Below are positions 6,382 to 16,814 of a stretch of 26,271 nt of DNA, one piece after another; the first letter of the stretch is position 1; each line of letters opens with the position of its first letter. The position numbers were made by a program, and so were the translations under genes. Origin of the DNA: a virus (lineage: Duplodnaviria; Caudoviricetes); IMG/VR virus record IMGVR_UViG_3300020043_004032, positions 1-26,271 of that record, one strand, 5' to 3'. The notes beneath the pieces are model-generated. The model was not told where the DNA came from, made no database searches, and worked only from the letters and a program-made list of their open reading frames with translations.

Positions 6382-9056
6382 TGTCTTGCTACAGTTGCCC
6401 AAATTCTATAATTCCAACCACCACTACCGTTGTCATTAATCGTAACGCGGGGAAATGTTCCCATCGTTATATCGAACGTTGGTGTGGCGTTGCCTACTTT
6501 TAAAACTTCTTGCTCTGTACCTGTTTGAGTAATAGTGCCTCCATCATTTCTAAATGCTGTTGTGTACTTTGCTGAAGCCGCATCGCTTCCGTCTGATTTT
6601 GTTAGGTTTATGTAAACGTCAACAATCAAACTTCTATCCTGAGAATCTGCGCCTGCATCGTCTAAGAATAAATTTAAATCAGCGTTTACCGAAGATGAAT
6701 TTGAAACAGAGCCGTTAGCCCAATTCGCAGTAAAGAATTTGCTTTTACCATCGGTTGTGCCGTTGTGTTGTAGTCCTATTGTGCCGTCCGCTTGTCCGGG
6801 CTTTAACCATTGCCCACCGCTGTTCTTTATTTTTATTGTACCTGCATCGTCTTGTATTCCATAACCAGAAGAACCAGAAGTTGTGCCGAAGTTCATAAAT
6901 GAAGATGCTGGCGCAAGTAGATTACCGCTTTCTGCATGCACATAAAGATTGCGACCGAGTAAAGCTGTTAGGGTTGGTGCGTGGTGTAGTCCTTTTACGT
7001 CACCCGATGCACTACCGGTTTGATTAACAGTGTTAGCCATTCTGAATCCAACCAATCCGGCAGTGCCGCTCGAAGGATTCCAAGTGCCGGAAGTATAAAA
7101 TAATCCGGCTTGATTAACGGCATTGGTAGTCATAAAGGCATGAACACCTGCCCCGTTTGCCGCTGGATTTATCGTAAAAGCTACATTCCTGCCCGGTGTA
7201 AATGTTGTTGTCGCGTTAGTGCTGTTAGAGCTTATATCAATCCCACCAACGTTCGACCGTGTGTCACCGCTTACAATTGTTTGATAGAACCCCATCTGAC
7301 CAGTGGCAGCATTAGCCCATACCGCGCGATTTGTAGTGCCTCCCGTTGCGGATACGTAGATACCTACATTTGTAGATGTTGTGCCGGTATTTGTATTTGC
7401 AAACTGACCTGCGTAAGTAGTTTGTGTACTTGTGCCATTTGCACCGCTCGATGCAACATTTAAAACTGTTTTAGTATTACTCGCTGCTGCTGTTCCGGTA
7501 TTGGTAAAAGATACAAGATTTCCACTTGTTACAGTAGAAGAAGTTAGAGCAAGTCCATTACCAGAAGTAGTAGTGTAGGTATCTCCAGATGTTAGCAGGT
7601 AAGGACTTGTGCCAGTAATTGCGCTTTGAAAGTTAGTCCATGAAGGAGTAGATAAGAATGTTGCAACCCCTGTTCCTAAGCCACTAATTCCAGTGCTTAC
7701 AGGTAATCCGGTTGCGTTTGTTAGTGTTGCGCTTGATGGCGTTCCTAATGCCGGAGTTGTAAATGTTGGTGAAGTAGTCATAGCCACATTACCCGAACCG
7801 CTAACCGTGTACTCACCCAATACGCCTGAGTTGTTGTAAAGTACCCTTGTATTTGTTCCGCTTGTGATTGTAGATGTTCCAACTGTTAGGCCAGAGCCTC
7901 CAGAAGCAATAAGATCGCCACCACTTATTGAAAGACCTGAGCCTATGCCAAGTTTAGTAATGGGTTGCGTTAAACTCCCGTTTGTTCTTAAAAGTATTTC
8001 GTGGCCGCTTGATGCTGACGATGGTTGCATAATGTTAACTGTACCGGTAGGAATGTCTACACCAAAGATTTTTTCAGATGCTGTTATGCCAGCACCAACA
8101 TTTGCATTTGTGGTTGTGTTACTTGGTGAGTAGTAAATGTTAAGGCCGCGCACTCCACCGCCTTGATTATCTTCGCCAAAATTTAAAATTGCATCCGTGT
8201 AGTTAGTATCGTCTGTTGTTTTGCGAAATATTACCTGATAAGCACTTTCTCCGTTTAACGAACCGGCTGAAGAAAAGTGTCTGGCAATTGATTTTATAAA
8301 ACTGTTATTTGAATACCCTGAACTTTGATCGAAAAACGACCCGAAAGAATTTGTGCCGAACGTACTTCTAAAATTGTTTGTAGACGTTATTGATAAATTG
8401 GTATTTGATTTTCTGAACTCTGTAGTTAAATCGTTTCCTAAAATCTGCCCGGCAATATTTTCCGTTACACCATCAACATCCGTTACCCGTGTGTTACTTC
8501 TTACACCGTCATACATCGAGTAATTAAATCCGCTTATGGTATCAAAGTTTATTGCCGCTTGGTTTCTAAATGAAAGGTTATAACCTTGGCCCTGAACTAT
8601 TACATCACTTTGCAATGTTGTAGTATCTCCTGTTTTCCAATACAGAGAATCAAAGTTTGGCTTGCCGGTAACATCTCCCCAGGCAACAGAGCCGCCTGAA
8701 GGCGTAAAGTATTCTAATGCAGTACCTGCACCATTTACCCGTAGTTGTTGGTTAGCCGTACCTAAAGCAGATAATCCAGTTCCTCCGTTTGCTATTGATA
8801 CAATCCCAGATAAATAAGAAGGTGTGAAAAACTCTAACGCTGTAGCCCCTGAGTTAACTCTTAGAAGCTGATTAGCGGTTCCAATAGAAGTCCATCCTCT
8901 TACTAATCCAACTGTGGCTTTTTTGTTAGATGTTTGAACAATAGGCAGGAATTCGCTACCACTTAATGAAGTAGCTGACGGCATTTCTGAAATCTTGATC
9001 CCCTGACCCCTTGCAAAAAATGGAGTAAGCACAAGTAAAACTAAAAAGTATCTCAT
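6378..9056 (-). CDS. Tail fibre-like protein with N-terminal signal peptide
   Basis: Gly/Ser/Thr/Asn-rich. Carries the KISEMPSATSLSGSEFLPIVQ N-terminal fibre-type motif and fibre modules IANGGTG, GTANQ.LRVN and SPTFTTPALGTPSSATLTNATGLP. Likely start MRYFLVLLVLTPFFARG|Q. Confidence 0.85.
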   Translation of the reverse strand: MRYFLVLLVLTPFFARGQGIKISEMPSATSLSGSEFLPIVQTSNKKATVGLVRGWTSIGTANQLLRVNSGATALEFFTPSYLSGIVSIANGGTGLSALGTANQQLRVNGAGTALEYFTPSGGSVAWGDVTGKPNFDSLYWKTGDTTTLQSDVIVQGQGYNLSFRNQAAINFDTISGFNYSMYDGVRSNTRVTDVDGVTENIAGQILGNDLTTEFRKSNTNLSITSTNNFRSTFGTNSFGSFFDQSSGYSNNSFIKSIARHFSSAGSLNGESAYQVIFRKTTDDTNYTDAILNFGEDNQGGGVRGLNIYYSPSNTTTNANVGAGITASEKIFGVDIPTGTVNIMQPSSASSGHEILLRTNGSLTQPITKLGIGSGLSISGGDLIASGGSGLTVGTSTITSGTNTRVLYNNSGVLGEYTVSGSGNVAMTTSPTFTTPALGTPSSATLTNATGLPVSTGISGLGTGVATFLSTPSWTNFQSAITGTSPYLLTSGDTYTTTSGNGLALTSSTVTSGNLVSFTNTGTAAASNTKTVLNVASSGANGTSTQTTYAGQFANTNTGTTSTNVGIYVSATGGTTNRAVWANAATGQMGFYQTIVSGDTRSNVGGIDISSNSTNATTTFTPGRNVAFTINPAANGAGVHAFMTTNAVNQAGLFYTSGTWNPSSGTAGLVGFRMANTVNQTGSASGDVKGLHHAPTLTALLGRNLYVHAESGNLLAPASSFMNFGTTSGSSGYGIQDDAGTIKIKNSGGQWLKPGQADGTIGLQHNGTTDGKSKFFTANWANGSVSNSSSVNADLNLFLDDAGADSQDRSLIVDVYINLTKSDGSDAASAKYTTAFRNDGGTITQTGTEQEVLKVGNATPTFDITMGTFPRVTINDNGSGGWNYRIWATVARQ
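8697..8882 (-). repeat. Internal 22-aa repeat in the tail fibre (120-nt period)
   Basis: GTANQLLRVNSGATALEFFTPS (8817-8882) and GTANQQLRVNGAGTALEYFTPS (8697-8762). Confidence 0.85.
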
Positions 9057-9066
9057 ATTATTTTTT

Positions 9067-10287
9067 TTAAACAACTCCATAAACGTTTGTAAAGTAACTA
9101 TTTTCTTTCAGTGTCAACCAAACCGAACCGGTATTAAATGGGTTCTTTTCGTTTAGTTGCTGCATCTCGTAATTTTCTTCCTTCTCCCATAACTGACCAT
9201 CTATTAAAATGTAGTTATGTTGAAGTATTAATTTTAATTGCTCATGCTTATAGTATGGTACAGGTTCTATTTGTAATAGCTTTTGTTTCTTAACCGATCC
9301 GCTTAATTTAATAACCGACCCGTCTGAGAAACCTTCTGATTCGTTTTCTTCGGGGAATCTTTCATGGAAAAATTTAGCCTTTACATAAGTTCCAAAAATG
9401 GTGTCTAAAGAATAATCCAATCCGGAAAAGTTGTTTTCGTTTGAGTATTGGATATAAACGTTTTCGGAATTAGTTGCTACGTCAATGTAATCTGAATTTA
9501 AAAGGTTAGAGTGAAACTCTCCATTAACGTATTTCTTAATAAGAAATTTAACTTTTTTACCGCAAGCTGAAATGCTATCCATTACAATTGATGCGTTTTT
9601 ATATTCATCTCCAGTGAATGAGACATCACCCAAGTCATTTTCTTCTATATCTTCTGCATGAAGTTTATAAAGAAAAATATCATCTAATGGAGTTATCGTT
9701 CCTTCACCTTCACCAGTCATAGTTCCTGTCACTCTTAACCTTGTTGCTGCTCCGGTTGCTGTTAATGTTATTGTTTGTTCGTCTGCTTCATCGGGATCAA
9801 GTGATATGCTTTCCGGAGACGATTGGTCTGTATTGCTATCATCCATAAGGGCAAAAGTGGCTTGTAATGTCGCTGGGTTAAATCCAGTGGTTACTACTGA
9901 AGCCCCTATTCTAAAAGTAACTGACTCCCCAATTCCTAAAACTAAAGGCATATAGGCACTTCTATTCGTTGTGCCTGATGTGTTGAATTGGTAAAAATTA
10001 TCTTCATCGGTATCTCCACCTGGGAGAACAAAGCCAGTTCCAAAAATTGGTGTCCATTCATTTGGTGGTAAAATAGTATTTACTTCTTCATCTGGTTTGA
10101 ACTGAACCTTGATGGGTTCTGAACAAGAAAAAGGAGCAAAATAACACTTCCTATCAACTCCAGTTTCAACTTTGACGTTAAATGTCTGAGTGCCAACAGG
10201 CCAGAACTTAATCGGATTTGCGTTACTTATCTCCATACATTCGTCTATACAACCGGTTAATATTAGTACTAAAATTATCCATCTCAT
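9067..10287 (-). CDS. Putative tail-tip/minor structural protein with lipoprotein-like N-terminus
   Basis: Lies between the hub-like gene and the fibre. Acidic and beta-rich. N-terminus MRWIILVLILTG|C, with a second Met at codon 18 (10236). Confidence 0.6.
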   Translation of the reverse strand: MRWIILVLILTGCIDECMEISNANPIKFWPVGTQTFNVKVETGVDRKCYFAPFSCSEPIKVQFKPDEEVNTILPPNEWTPIFGTGFVLPGGDTDEDNFYQFNTSGTTNRSAYMPLVLGIGESVTFRIGASVVTTGFNPATLQATFALMDDSNTDQSSPESISLDPDEADEQTITLTATGAATRLRVTGTMTGEGEGTITPLDDIFLYKLHAEDIEENDLGDVSFTGDEYKNASIVMDSISACGKKVKFLIKKYVNGEFHSNLLNSDYIDVATNSENVYIQYSNENNFSGLDYSLDTIFGTYVKAKFFHERFPEENESEGFSDGSVIKLSGSVKKQKLLQIEPVPYYKHEQLKLILQHNYILIDGQLWEKEENYEMQQLNEKNPFNTGSVWLTLKENSYFTNVYGVV

Positions 10288-10296
10288 GAAACAAAA

Positions 10297-12429
10297 TTAC
10301 TCTAAAAGTATGGAATTTCCATCCTCTAAAAGCATCGCCTCGCCCGTCTCAAGTAACAACGAAACACTTTCCAAAGGCGTATCGTCAGCCAAAAGGCAGA
10401 TCAAATCGCACTCACCTTTCATTATTTTCCAGTCATGGCTTAAAATATGGCAGGCGTACCAATGGCCCTCAACCGGAATGGCTACCGCTCTTTCCCTGTT
10501 GGCTAAAACTGTATCATAGCTTGCCTTCCTCATCGGAACGGTTACTTTAAACTCATCGCCCAAATGGATAAAGCTATCGGTTATTTCAAAGTCCTGATTT
10601 TCGCTTAGTTCAATCTGTGATTCACATTCACCAGAAGCGTTTTCGCTTGTCATGGTGTAGTTACCCTCGCCCTTTGTGAATTTAATATCTGCACCGACTT
10701 GCTTTTGTAGGCATCCCTGAAACCATGATTTCCATCTGTTAAAGATTCGGGCTATCCCGTGCCTTATATTATACCTTGTGTCTGAGTTTAAAAGGTTTGA
10801 AACTGAATCAAAATCGGCACCTGTTTCTACTGTATTGTCTGCTTTTAAAGCGATAATCAAAGTATCTTCGTCCAGCTTCCAGTCTTTTCCGGCCTCCACA
10901 CGGTTGCGCCTTGTCTGTTCAATTGCAAGGGATGCCGCGATAAATGTACTCAGTACTTTTTCGTCCTTTCCTACGGTCTTAAATGGCGTTCGGTAGGTGT
11001 GTTTTGTTTGCGGGTCATCAACTCCCGAATCAGATTCAGCGCTCCACTTGTTAAATCCTATTTCGATGGATTTGTAGTACTTTTCTAAATGTACTTTTTT
11101 CTCAATGTTGGATGAACTTTGAAAGAAAAGAACTGGTGATTTGTTGTAGAAATATTCCCTGTTTTCGATTTGTATATTGCTACCGTTGTAAGTCAAACCC
11201 AAAGGATAGATTGGTGCGTACCCGTTCCAAAGATCATCGAAAGACCAGAAAGGTTTCTTGTCAGTCATTGAATACCCGCGTACATGTAACCCTTTCATTA
11301 CAGCATTGTAACCAGCGCAGGTATCTAAGTATGTTGAAGTTAAAACAGAATTAGCCCCTACTATTTTTGAAAGTATCGACTCGAAAGCGTCCTTTATTTT
11401 GTAGGCTTTTGTTGTTGAGTTTGGAAATGTTGAGTTTTGAGATAACTCAATATTCAAATCGGTAATATCAAACTCATAACTTATATCTCCGGTAGTTGGC
11501 CCTACAACTTCATGCGTAACAGTAAAAAGTATATAAATATAAATCCTATCACCCGCAATCGCATTAAGTGTTTTGGTGCCGGCCATGTCGAAAGTTTCAT
11601 CCACTGTGGTATCAGCAACCGGAAACGTATGCGATATGTTTTCTATCTCTGCGCCATTTCTCCTAAAGAAAAGGGTTACCGCTACATTGTCGATAGTTGC
11701 GGTTGAGTCTGCTGAAATTCTTGTGGAGCCGGTTACATTAATTGTAATATCGCCATCTTCCTGAATATTTATGGTTTCGATTACGTCAGTAGCGTTTACA
11801 TTTCTTTCAGCAAATTCAATAGAGTAACTGTCTTTTATCTCAGCAATTGAAACAGGAAACCCTATTTGATAAAGTTTGTCAACCGAAACCACGGTTGTTT
11901 CTATTCCTGATCTTGATTCGCTGCCTTCGTATGTTGTCCTGTTCCTTATTATCTGACAAGGCAAAGGCAGATCAATCGGATTAACTGCCGTTCTCGTTCC
12001 ACCGTCTAAATCTTCTGTGCTTGTCGCGTCAATAGGAATAGACTTACGGCTCATAAATTTAGTCCAAAGATCATTCCTGATTATTGGTGCCGTTACCTTG
12101 TAGAACTTCCCACCATTGGATAACTCTTGTCTTTGTGAGTTATCAATATTTCCATCAAATAAAGTTTGCCAAGTGGTGCTGTTGTAAGTTATTTCAATCA
12201 AACACCTGATTGGCTCCTCTGGCCCGTAGGTATCATTAATAGCGTTTAAGAAATTCCTCGCACTCCCTATCCAAGTAAATGTACCTTTAAAGTATTCGAT
12301 TAAAGAATGGAAAACAGAATCGCGCTCTAAAGAAATAGCCGCCTCTTTCCATCCGATAGGCTCTTTTACAACCGTACCGGATGCGCTGTATATTGGGTGA
12401 AAAAATGTAAATCTAAACTGTGGTGTCAT
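10297..12429 (-). CDS. Putative tail tip/baseplate hub protein
   Basis: 710 aa directly after the tape measure gene. Central beta-sandwich-like region and C-terminal LLLETGEAMLLEDGNSILLE motif typical of phage tail proteins. Confidence 0.65.
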   Translation of the reverse strand: MTPQFRFTFFHPIYSASGTVVKEPIGWKEAAISLERDSVFHSLIEYFKGTFTWIGSARNFLNAINDTYGPEEPIRCLIEITYNSTTWQTLFDGNIDNSQRQELSNGGKFYKVTAPIIRNDLWTKFMSRKSIPIDATSTEDLDGGTRTAVNPIDLPLPCQIIRNRTTYEGSESRSGIETTVVSVDKLYQIGFPVSIAEIKDSYSIEFAERNVNATDVIETINIQEDGDITINVTGSTRISADSTATIDNVAVTLFFRRNGAEIENISHTFPVADTTVDETFDMAGTKTLNAIAGDRIYIYILFTVTHEVVGPTTGDISYEFDITDLNIELSQNSTFPNSTTKAYKIKDAFESILSKIVGANSVLTSTYLDTCAGYNAVMKGLHVRGYSMTDKKPFWSFDDLWNGYAPIYPLGLTYNGSNIQIENREYFYNKSPVLFFQSSSNIEKKVHLEKYYKSIEIGFNKWSAESDSGVDDPQTKHTYRTPFKTVGKDEKVLSTFIAASLAIEQTRRNRVEAGKDWKLDEDTLIIALKADNTVETGADFDSVSNLLNSDTRYNIRHGIARIFNRWKSWFQGCLQKQVGADIKFTKGEGNYTMTSENASGECESQIELSENQDFEITDSFIHLGDEFKVTVPMRKASYDTVLANRERAVAIPVEGHWYACHILSHDWKIMKGECDLICLLADDTPLESVSLLLETGEAMLLEDGNSILLE

Positions 12430-14945
12430 TAGTTAAGCGATTTCTGTCTTATCATTTGTTTGCTTCCGTCTTTCTTTCTTTTCATTTCATAAACAAAATC
12501 TCCCTGAGTAAATAGTTTACTGTTCGTTCTTTCGATGGCGTCAACTATTTTAGCGTCTGAGTTTTTAATTGTCTCCTCAAGGCTTCCAATTTTTGAGTAT
12601 AGAACAAAGTCTCCTTTCATTCCTGAAAGACCCTGAACACCTCCAAGCATTGCCATTGTTTCTTCATTGGTAAATACCTTAGAACCTTTTTCTATGTTCA
12701 TTAAAGAGGCCCGATTAGGGGTAAGGAATGTTTTGCCGGATGGGGTTTTAACCAATTCAGTTCCGGCTTCACCAACTATTGAAATACCACCTTTTGCGCT
12801 GTCTGTTCCAAGTTCATACTTTGGTATTGGCTTAGCTAAAATAGCGGCTATCTGTACGGCACCCAATGCACCGGCTAACGCAGCACGAGCAAACGCAGTA
12901 TAAGGATCACCCTTAGCAAGTTGGTTTATAATCGCTAATGAAGTATTAATGCCGGCAGATATAACGGCACTGGTCTTTTCAAAAATGGCAAACTTTCTTT
13001 GTTCCTCTATCTTCTTTTTATCAAGTGCCTTTTGCTTTCTTTCTGCCTCAACTCTTAATTCCTGTTTTGCCGCTTCGTTGTTACCAGCTAATTCTAAATC
13101 TCTGTTTAATTGTTCTGTTACGGCTTCTTTCTCTCGATCAATATTAGAGATACGATTTGCTGTTACTGCTGAAAAAAGATTCCCAATAGAATTAACTACA
13201 TCGGTATAAATTTGCTTTGTTAGTTCTAAATTCTCCTTAGTCTTTTGTAGTCTGTATTGTCTACCGGCTTCTTCGGCTGCTGCTAACTTCTCTTCAAGTG
13301 CTATCTTTGATTGAAGTGTAGCATCGTTTACGTTACCTTGAATTTTTAACTCAGTGTAAAGTTTATCCCTAACATCTTTAAGCCTGTTGAATCTTAAATC
13401 TTCTTCTTCTTTTTCTCTTTTTGCTACCTCACTCGGAAGTGACTTGATATAATCTTGAACCCATTTAGCCGCATCAGCTTTTATCTTAGCTTCTTCTTTG
13501 GCCGCGTCTGCTGCTTCTTTTTTCTGTTTTTCTAAAATATCCCTTCGCTCTTTATCTTCCTTTCTGATTATTGCCCTGATTTCAATGTTAGCATCGTGTA
13601 TCGTTCTTACTGCTTCTTCATAGGCTGCTTTTTGGTCGTCCGTAAGATTTTTAAACGATAGACCAGATTCTTTCAGATAATCGTCTAACGCTTTTTTAGA
13701 TTCAATTGCTGTCTGTTTTATTGCCTGTTGTTTTTGAACTTCTAAATAAGAAGTCTTTTCCCCGGCTGCGGCTGCAAGTTTTATTTCGTCATCGTATCTT
13801 TTAGAAATAGCCTCAGCTTCTTTCTTTGATGCTGCTACTATCCTGTCTGCTTTTTCCTCTGCCGCAAATGATGTAAGTCCCAGCCAATCGCCAAAGTCTT
13901 TAAGTTTTTGAATAACCCAATCTATCGCGCCACCAACAGCATCAAATACTTCGGTTAAAAATGGTATCTTATCTTTTAACTTTACAACTGCTACAACTAT
14001 TCCAATCACAACTGCGGCAATCAAAAATAATGGATTTGTAAGAAGTGCCTTACCAAGAGATGAGAAGGTTGTGCCCATGTCCTTTACCCCTTTTATAGCT
14101 TCTTTGAATGTTATAGCTTTAGATGCGTTTGCAAACTGCTTTGCTGAATTTGCCGCGCCTCCAAAATCCAAAGCAAGTAACTTCTTACCAGCGTCAGCGA
14201 ATGTGTTACCTAAGTTCTCAAATGGCGATGCCTCTGTATTTTTAATGGCATCATTAACATCATTAATTTGATCTTTGAGCGAACCGGCCTTTTCTGCCGC
14301 TGCGATAAATTCAGGAGATGTAGTTCCAAGTGTGGCCGCTATTCCGGCCATCTGATCTCTGGCTAATTTTAATTCTGTTTTAAGTCCTTTAGTCGCGCCC
14401 TCGTATTCACCAACCTTTAGCTGGTTTTGGCCCATCTCGCTTTTTAGATTCTTTAAATCTTTGTCCTGCTGCTGAATAACAGCTAACAAAGCCTTACCCT
14501 CTTTGGAGTTTCTTTGCTCCGCGCTTGCTAACTTATCGTAGGCATCCCTATTGGCTTTCAGGGCTGCGGTTAATTCTTTTATTGAGTTGTTTTGAGCGTC
14601 AACGTTTTTAGCGTCTTGTTTACCAAGTGCGGATTTTTCTTTTAATTCCTGCTTTACCTGGGCTAAAACTTCCTGTTGCTTGCGGTATTCATCGTTGTTC
14701 TTTGCTACTGCTACCGATATTTGATTGTTGACTTTTTCTAATTCCTTTTGCGCTAAGGTCATTTTATCAATTTCCTTAGCTGCTTTGCCTACTTGTGTAG
14801 AGTTGGCAATAGCTTCCCCGGAAGCCTTTGAAATACTCATCAGCTTTTCAGTTGCCTTTATTGCCTCATTGACATTACCAGCGTATTGAAGAGGTGCGCT
14901 TAGTAAATCATCCGGCCAAATGTCCTGCCTGTTTATGTCTGCCAC
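12429..14945 (-). CDS. Tail tape measure protein
   Basis: 838 aa, Ala/Lys/Glu-rich helical, with a hydrophobic LLTNPLFLIAAVVIGIVVAVV segment and C-terminal YELGT..KGG..IVGEAGTELV motif. Confidence 0.92.
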   Translation of the reverse strand: MADINRQDIWPDDLLSAPLQYAGNVNEAIKATEKLMSISKASGEAIANSTQVGKAAKEIDKMTLAQKELEKVNNQISVAVAKNNDEYRKQQEVLAQVKQELKEKSALGKQDAKNVDAQNNSIKELTAALKANRDAYDKLASAEQRNSKEGKALLAVIQQQDKDLKNLKSEMGQNQLKVGEYEGATKGLKTELKLARDQMAGIAATLGTTSPEFIAAAEKAGSLKDQINDVNDAIKNTEASPFENLGNTFADAGKKLLALDFGGAANSAKQFANASKAITFKEAIKGVKDMGTTFSSLGKALLTNPLFLIAAVVIGIVVAVVKLKDKIPFLTEVFDAVGGAIDWVIQKLKDFGDWLGLTSFAAEEKADRIVAASKKEAEAISKRYDDEIKLAAAAGEKTSYLEVQKQQAIKQTAIESKKALDDYLKESGLSFKNLTDDQKAAYEEAVRTIHDANIEIRAIIRKEDKERRDILEKQKKEAADAAKEEAKIKADAAKWVQDYIKSLPSEVAKREKEEEDLRFNRLKDVRDKLYTELKIQGNVNDATLQSKIALEEKLAAAEEAGRQYRLQKTKENLELTKQIYTDVVNSIGNLFSAVTANRISNIDREKEAVTEQLNRDLELAGNNEAAKQELRVEAERKQKALDKKKIEEQRKFAIFEKTSAVISAGINTSLAIINQLAKGDPYTAFARAALAGALGAVQIAAILAKPIPKYELGTDSAKGGISIVGEAGTELVKTPSGKTFLTPNRASLMNIEKGSKVFTNEETMAMLGGVQGLSGMKGDFVLYSKIGSLEETIKNSDAKIVDAIERTNSKLFTQGDFVYEMKRKKDGSKQMIRQKSLN

Positions 14946-15570
14946 GTTTCAATACTTTAATACATTCGTTAAATCTTGCCAGTGTTATATCGTCCTGAAT
15001 GGCGGCTCCGGGCCAGTAGTAGTTTAGATTCGCCATGATTGAATCAAAACTTTCCTGCTGTTCTTTTGCCTTCATTCCCTCGAGTTCCTTTTGCTTGCTT
15101 GCTGTTTTGGTTATGATGTTCTCAACTTTCCTAAAGCAAGCCGACAAAGTTTCCTCGTATTCGTCCGATGTTCTTAAACTTATCCGATACCCTTTTTTAC
15201 CAAGTTCTTTTACGAGTTCCCGATCTACAGTAAAGGCTAATTTACTTAACGCTCCTTTTACCCAATAGTAATCCTGAATGAGGAGGCCGTAAGTTTTTAT
15301 ATTTTGTAGATAGTTCTCATACTCAAAACTTCCATTTACTTCACTGTGCTTCCTTATAATGTTCTCCCATGCTTCGGTGGCCTTGTCTAAATCCGGCAGT
15401 CCTTCCTTGCAAACTTTTAAAACGTTCTTTGTTTCAATAATCTCTAAGTACAATTTTAGTTTGATGTCCTCATACTGCCAGTACTTTTCTGAAATAGTCT
15501 TTTGATTTTTCCAGAAGGTAAGACCGAGATAAATCTTTGCGATTTTCCTCGCTAAGTTGGATAACATCAT
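14908..15570 (-). CDS. Putative tail assembly chaperone (start uncertain)
   Basis: Helical protein immediately upstream of the tape measure gene, ending DITLARFNECIK. The nearest upstream in-frame ATGs (15570/15567) imply about 100 nt overlap with the previous gene. Confidence 0.55.
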   Translation of the reverse strand: MMLSNLARKIAKIYLGLTFWKNQKTISEKYWQYEDIKLKLYLEIIETKNVLKVCKEGLPDLDKATEAWENIIRKHSEVNGSFEYENYLQNIKTYGLLIQDYYWVKGALSKLAFTVDRELVKELGKKGYRISLRTSDEYEETLSACFRKVENIITKTASKQKELEGMKAKEQQESFDSIMANLNYYWPGAAIQDDITLARFNECIKVLKRGRHKQAGHLAG

Positions 15571-15907
15571 TCCAGTTTCTGTCTTTAGATTCAAGTTTCT
15601 CAAATATTTGTCCGCTCTTTAAATCACTACTTCCGAACTTAACCGGAAAGCCTTCCTCTAACATTATGCTCCTATAAAAAACTCCTGTGTCGTGTAGTGT
15701 CCACGGCCCCGGTTCTTTTCCGAATCTTGTAATAGAGGTCATTGAGTAGTCAGGAAGATTTTCACCTAAAGAATCTTTACCCTCCGATAATTGATCTGTT
15801 ATCATATTCACGGCTGTATTTTCTTCCGATTTAAGAATGACAAACAAATCTTTCTCAACCCGATCAGGCGTAAACTGTAATAACTTTTGGTAATATTCTT
15901 TAAGCAT
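15470..15907 (-). CDS. HK97 gp10-like / virion morphogenesis tail protein
   Basis: 145 aa with an LHDTGVFYRSI motif (DTG.L..SI type), in the tail module. Confidence 0.6.
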   Translation of the reverse strand: MLKEYYQKLLQFTPDRVEKDLFVILKSEENTAVNMITDQLSEGKDSLGENLPDYSMTSITRFGKEPGPWTLHDTGVFYRSIMLEEGFPVKFGSSDLKSGQIFEKLESKDRNWNDVIQLSEENRKDLSRSYLLEKSKDYFRKVLAV

Positions 15908-15910
15908 AGT

Positions 15911-15938
15911 AAAGGGTGCGAGTTTCCCCGCACCTTTT
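15911..15938 (-). terminator. GAAA-tetraloop hairpin after the major tail gene (weak terminator or stability element)
   Basis: Minus strand GGTGCGGG-GAAA-CTCGCACC followed by only CTTTACT before the next ATG. Confidence 0.65.
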
Positions 15939-15940
15939 AA

Positions 15941-16813
15941 TTAAATGGTTACCGCTACCGTGTTGGCCTCGTAAGCAGAGGTAGGATATACAGACAATTG
16001 ATCTGGATCGTCCAGAGTTATTGTACCTGTGCTGAATCCTGTTCCTGCAAGAGTGTAAACACCGTCACCAGTTTCGTTTACTGAGCTTATAGTTTCTGTA
16101 GGGTAAACAAAATCTGCCAATACCAATCCGGTTACCGGTGTACCGTCACACTTCACCTTCACAGATACAACCACGCTCGTACTTGAAGGGCTTCCAACAA
16201 TTTCAAGAACTACATCAGTAAGAGGAGCCAATAAGTTAAGGAAACTTGCTGCAATCATGTGCGCACCGTACACCGAGTCATTAACCTCGTTAGGGTCTTT
16301 CAATGCAATAACGATAGGTGTTTTTGATGAAACCGAACCATCGTTAAACATTAAGTTCTCGGTGTGTAGCACGTCCATTGTGAAACCAGCGTATTGCGCT
16401 ACTCCGCCTTCATCTCCTACGTATGTACCGATAAGGTTGTTCTTTGAGTCAATCAACCATACGCGATCACCACCGTTTGAGCGATGGGTAAACGCTGCCT
16501 TATGGAAGCACCATGATTTTGAAATCATCGCTCTCCAACGGTAACGACCGTCTAAGACGTGGGTATAACTTATCGGTGTATCCTCGTAAGTCGTTTCTGT
16601 TCCAATGAATTCAGGAACGGTAGCGAAATAAGGCCACAAGTAAATGCGTGAAGAACGAGCGGCCACGAGTGCAGCCTGCCATTCTGTTTGATCTTGCGCT
16701 TCTGCCTCACTCAATTTGAATGAAGCCGGGGTAGTAATGATTCCACGAATAAGTCCGGGCAGATCACCACAACGGCCAAAGCCTAAGTTTGATTTGTTAT
16801 CTAAGCATGCCAT
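15941..16813 (-). CDS. Major tail (tube) protein with C-terminal Ig-like extension
   Basis: 290 aa at the expected position, followed by a hairpin. C-terminal V/T/S-rich beta domain (SVKVKCDGTPVTGL, ETGDGVYTL). Confidence 0.75.
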   Translation of the reverse strand: MACLDNKSNLGFGRCGDLPGLIRGIITTPASFKLSEAEAQDQTEWQAALVAARSSRIYLWPYFATVPEFIGTETTYEDTPISYTHVLDGRYRWRAMISKSWCFHKAAFTHRSNGGDRVWLIDSKNNLIGTYVGDEGGVAQYAGFTMDVLHTENLMFNDGSVSSKTPIVIALKDPNEVNDSVYGAHMIAASFLNLLAPLTDVVLEIVGSPSSTSVVVSVKVKCDGTPVTGLVLADFVYPTETISSVNETGDGVYTLAGTGFSTGTITLDDPDQLSVYPTSAYEANTVAVTI

Positions 16814-16814
16814 G

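Noticed and set aside
4828-9056. Diversity-generating retroelement target in the fibre or SGNH C-termini
   Set aside because: No template/variable repeat pair differing at adenines was noticed, and no reverse transcriptase is in the window.
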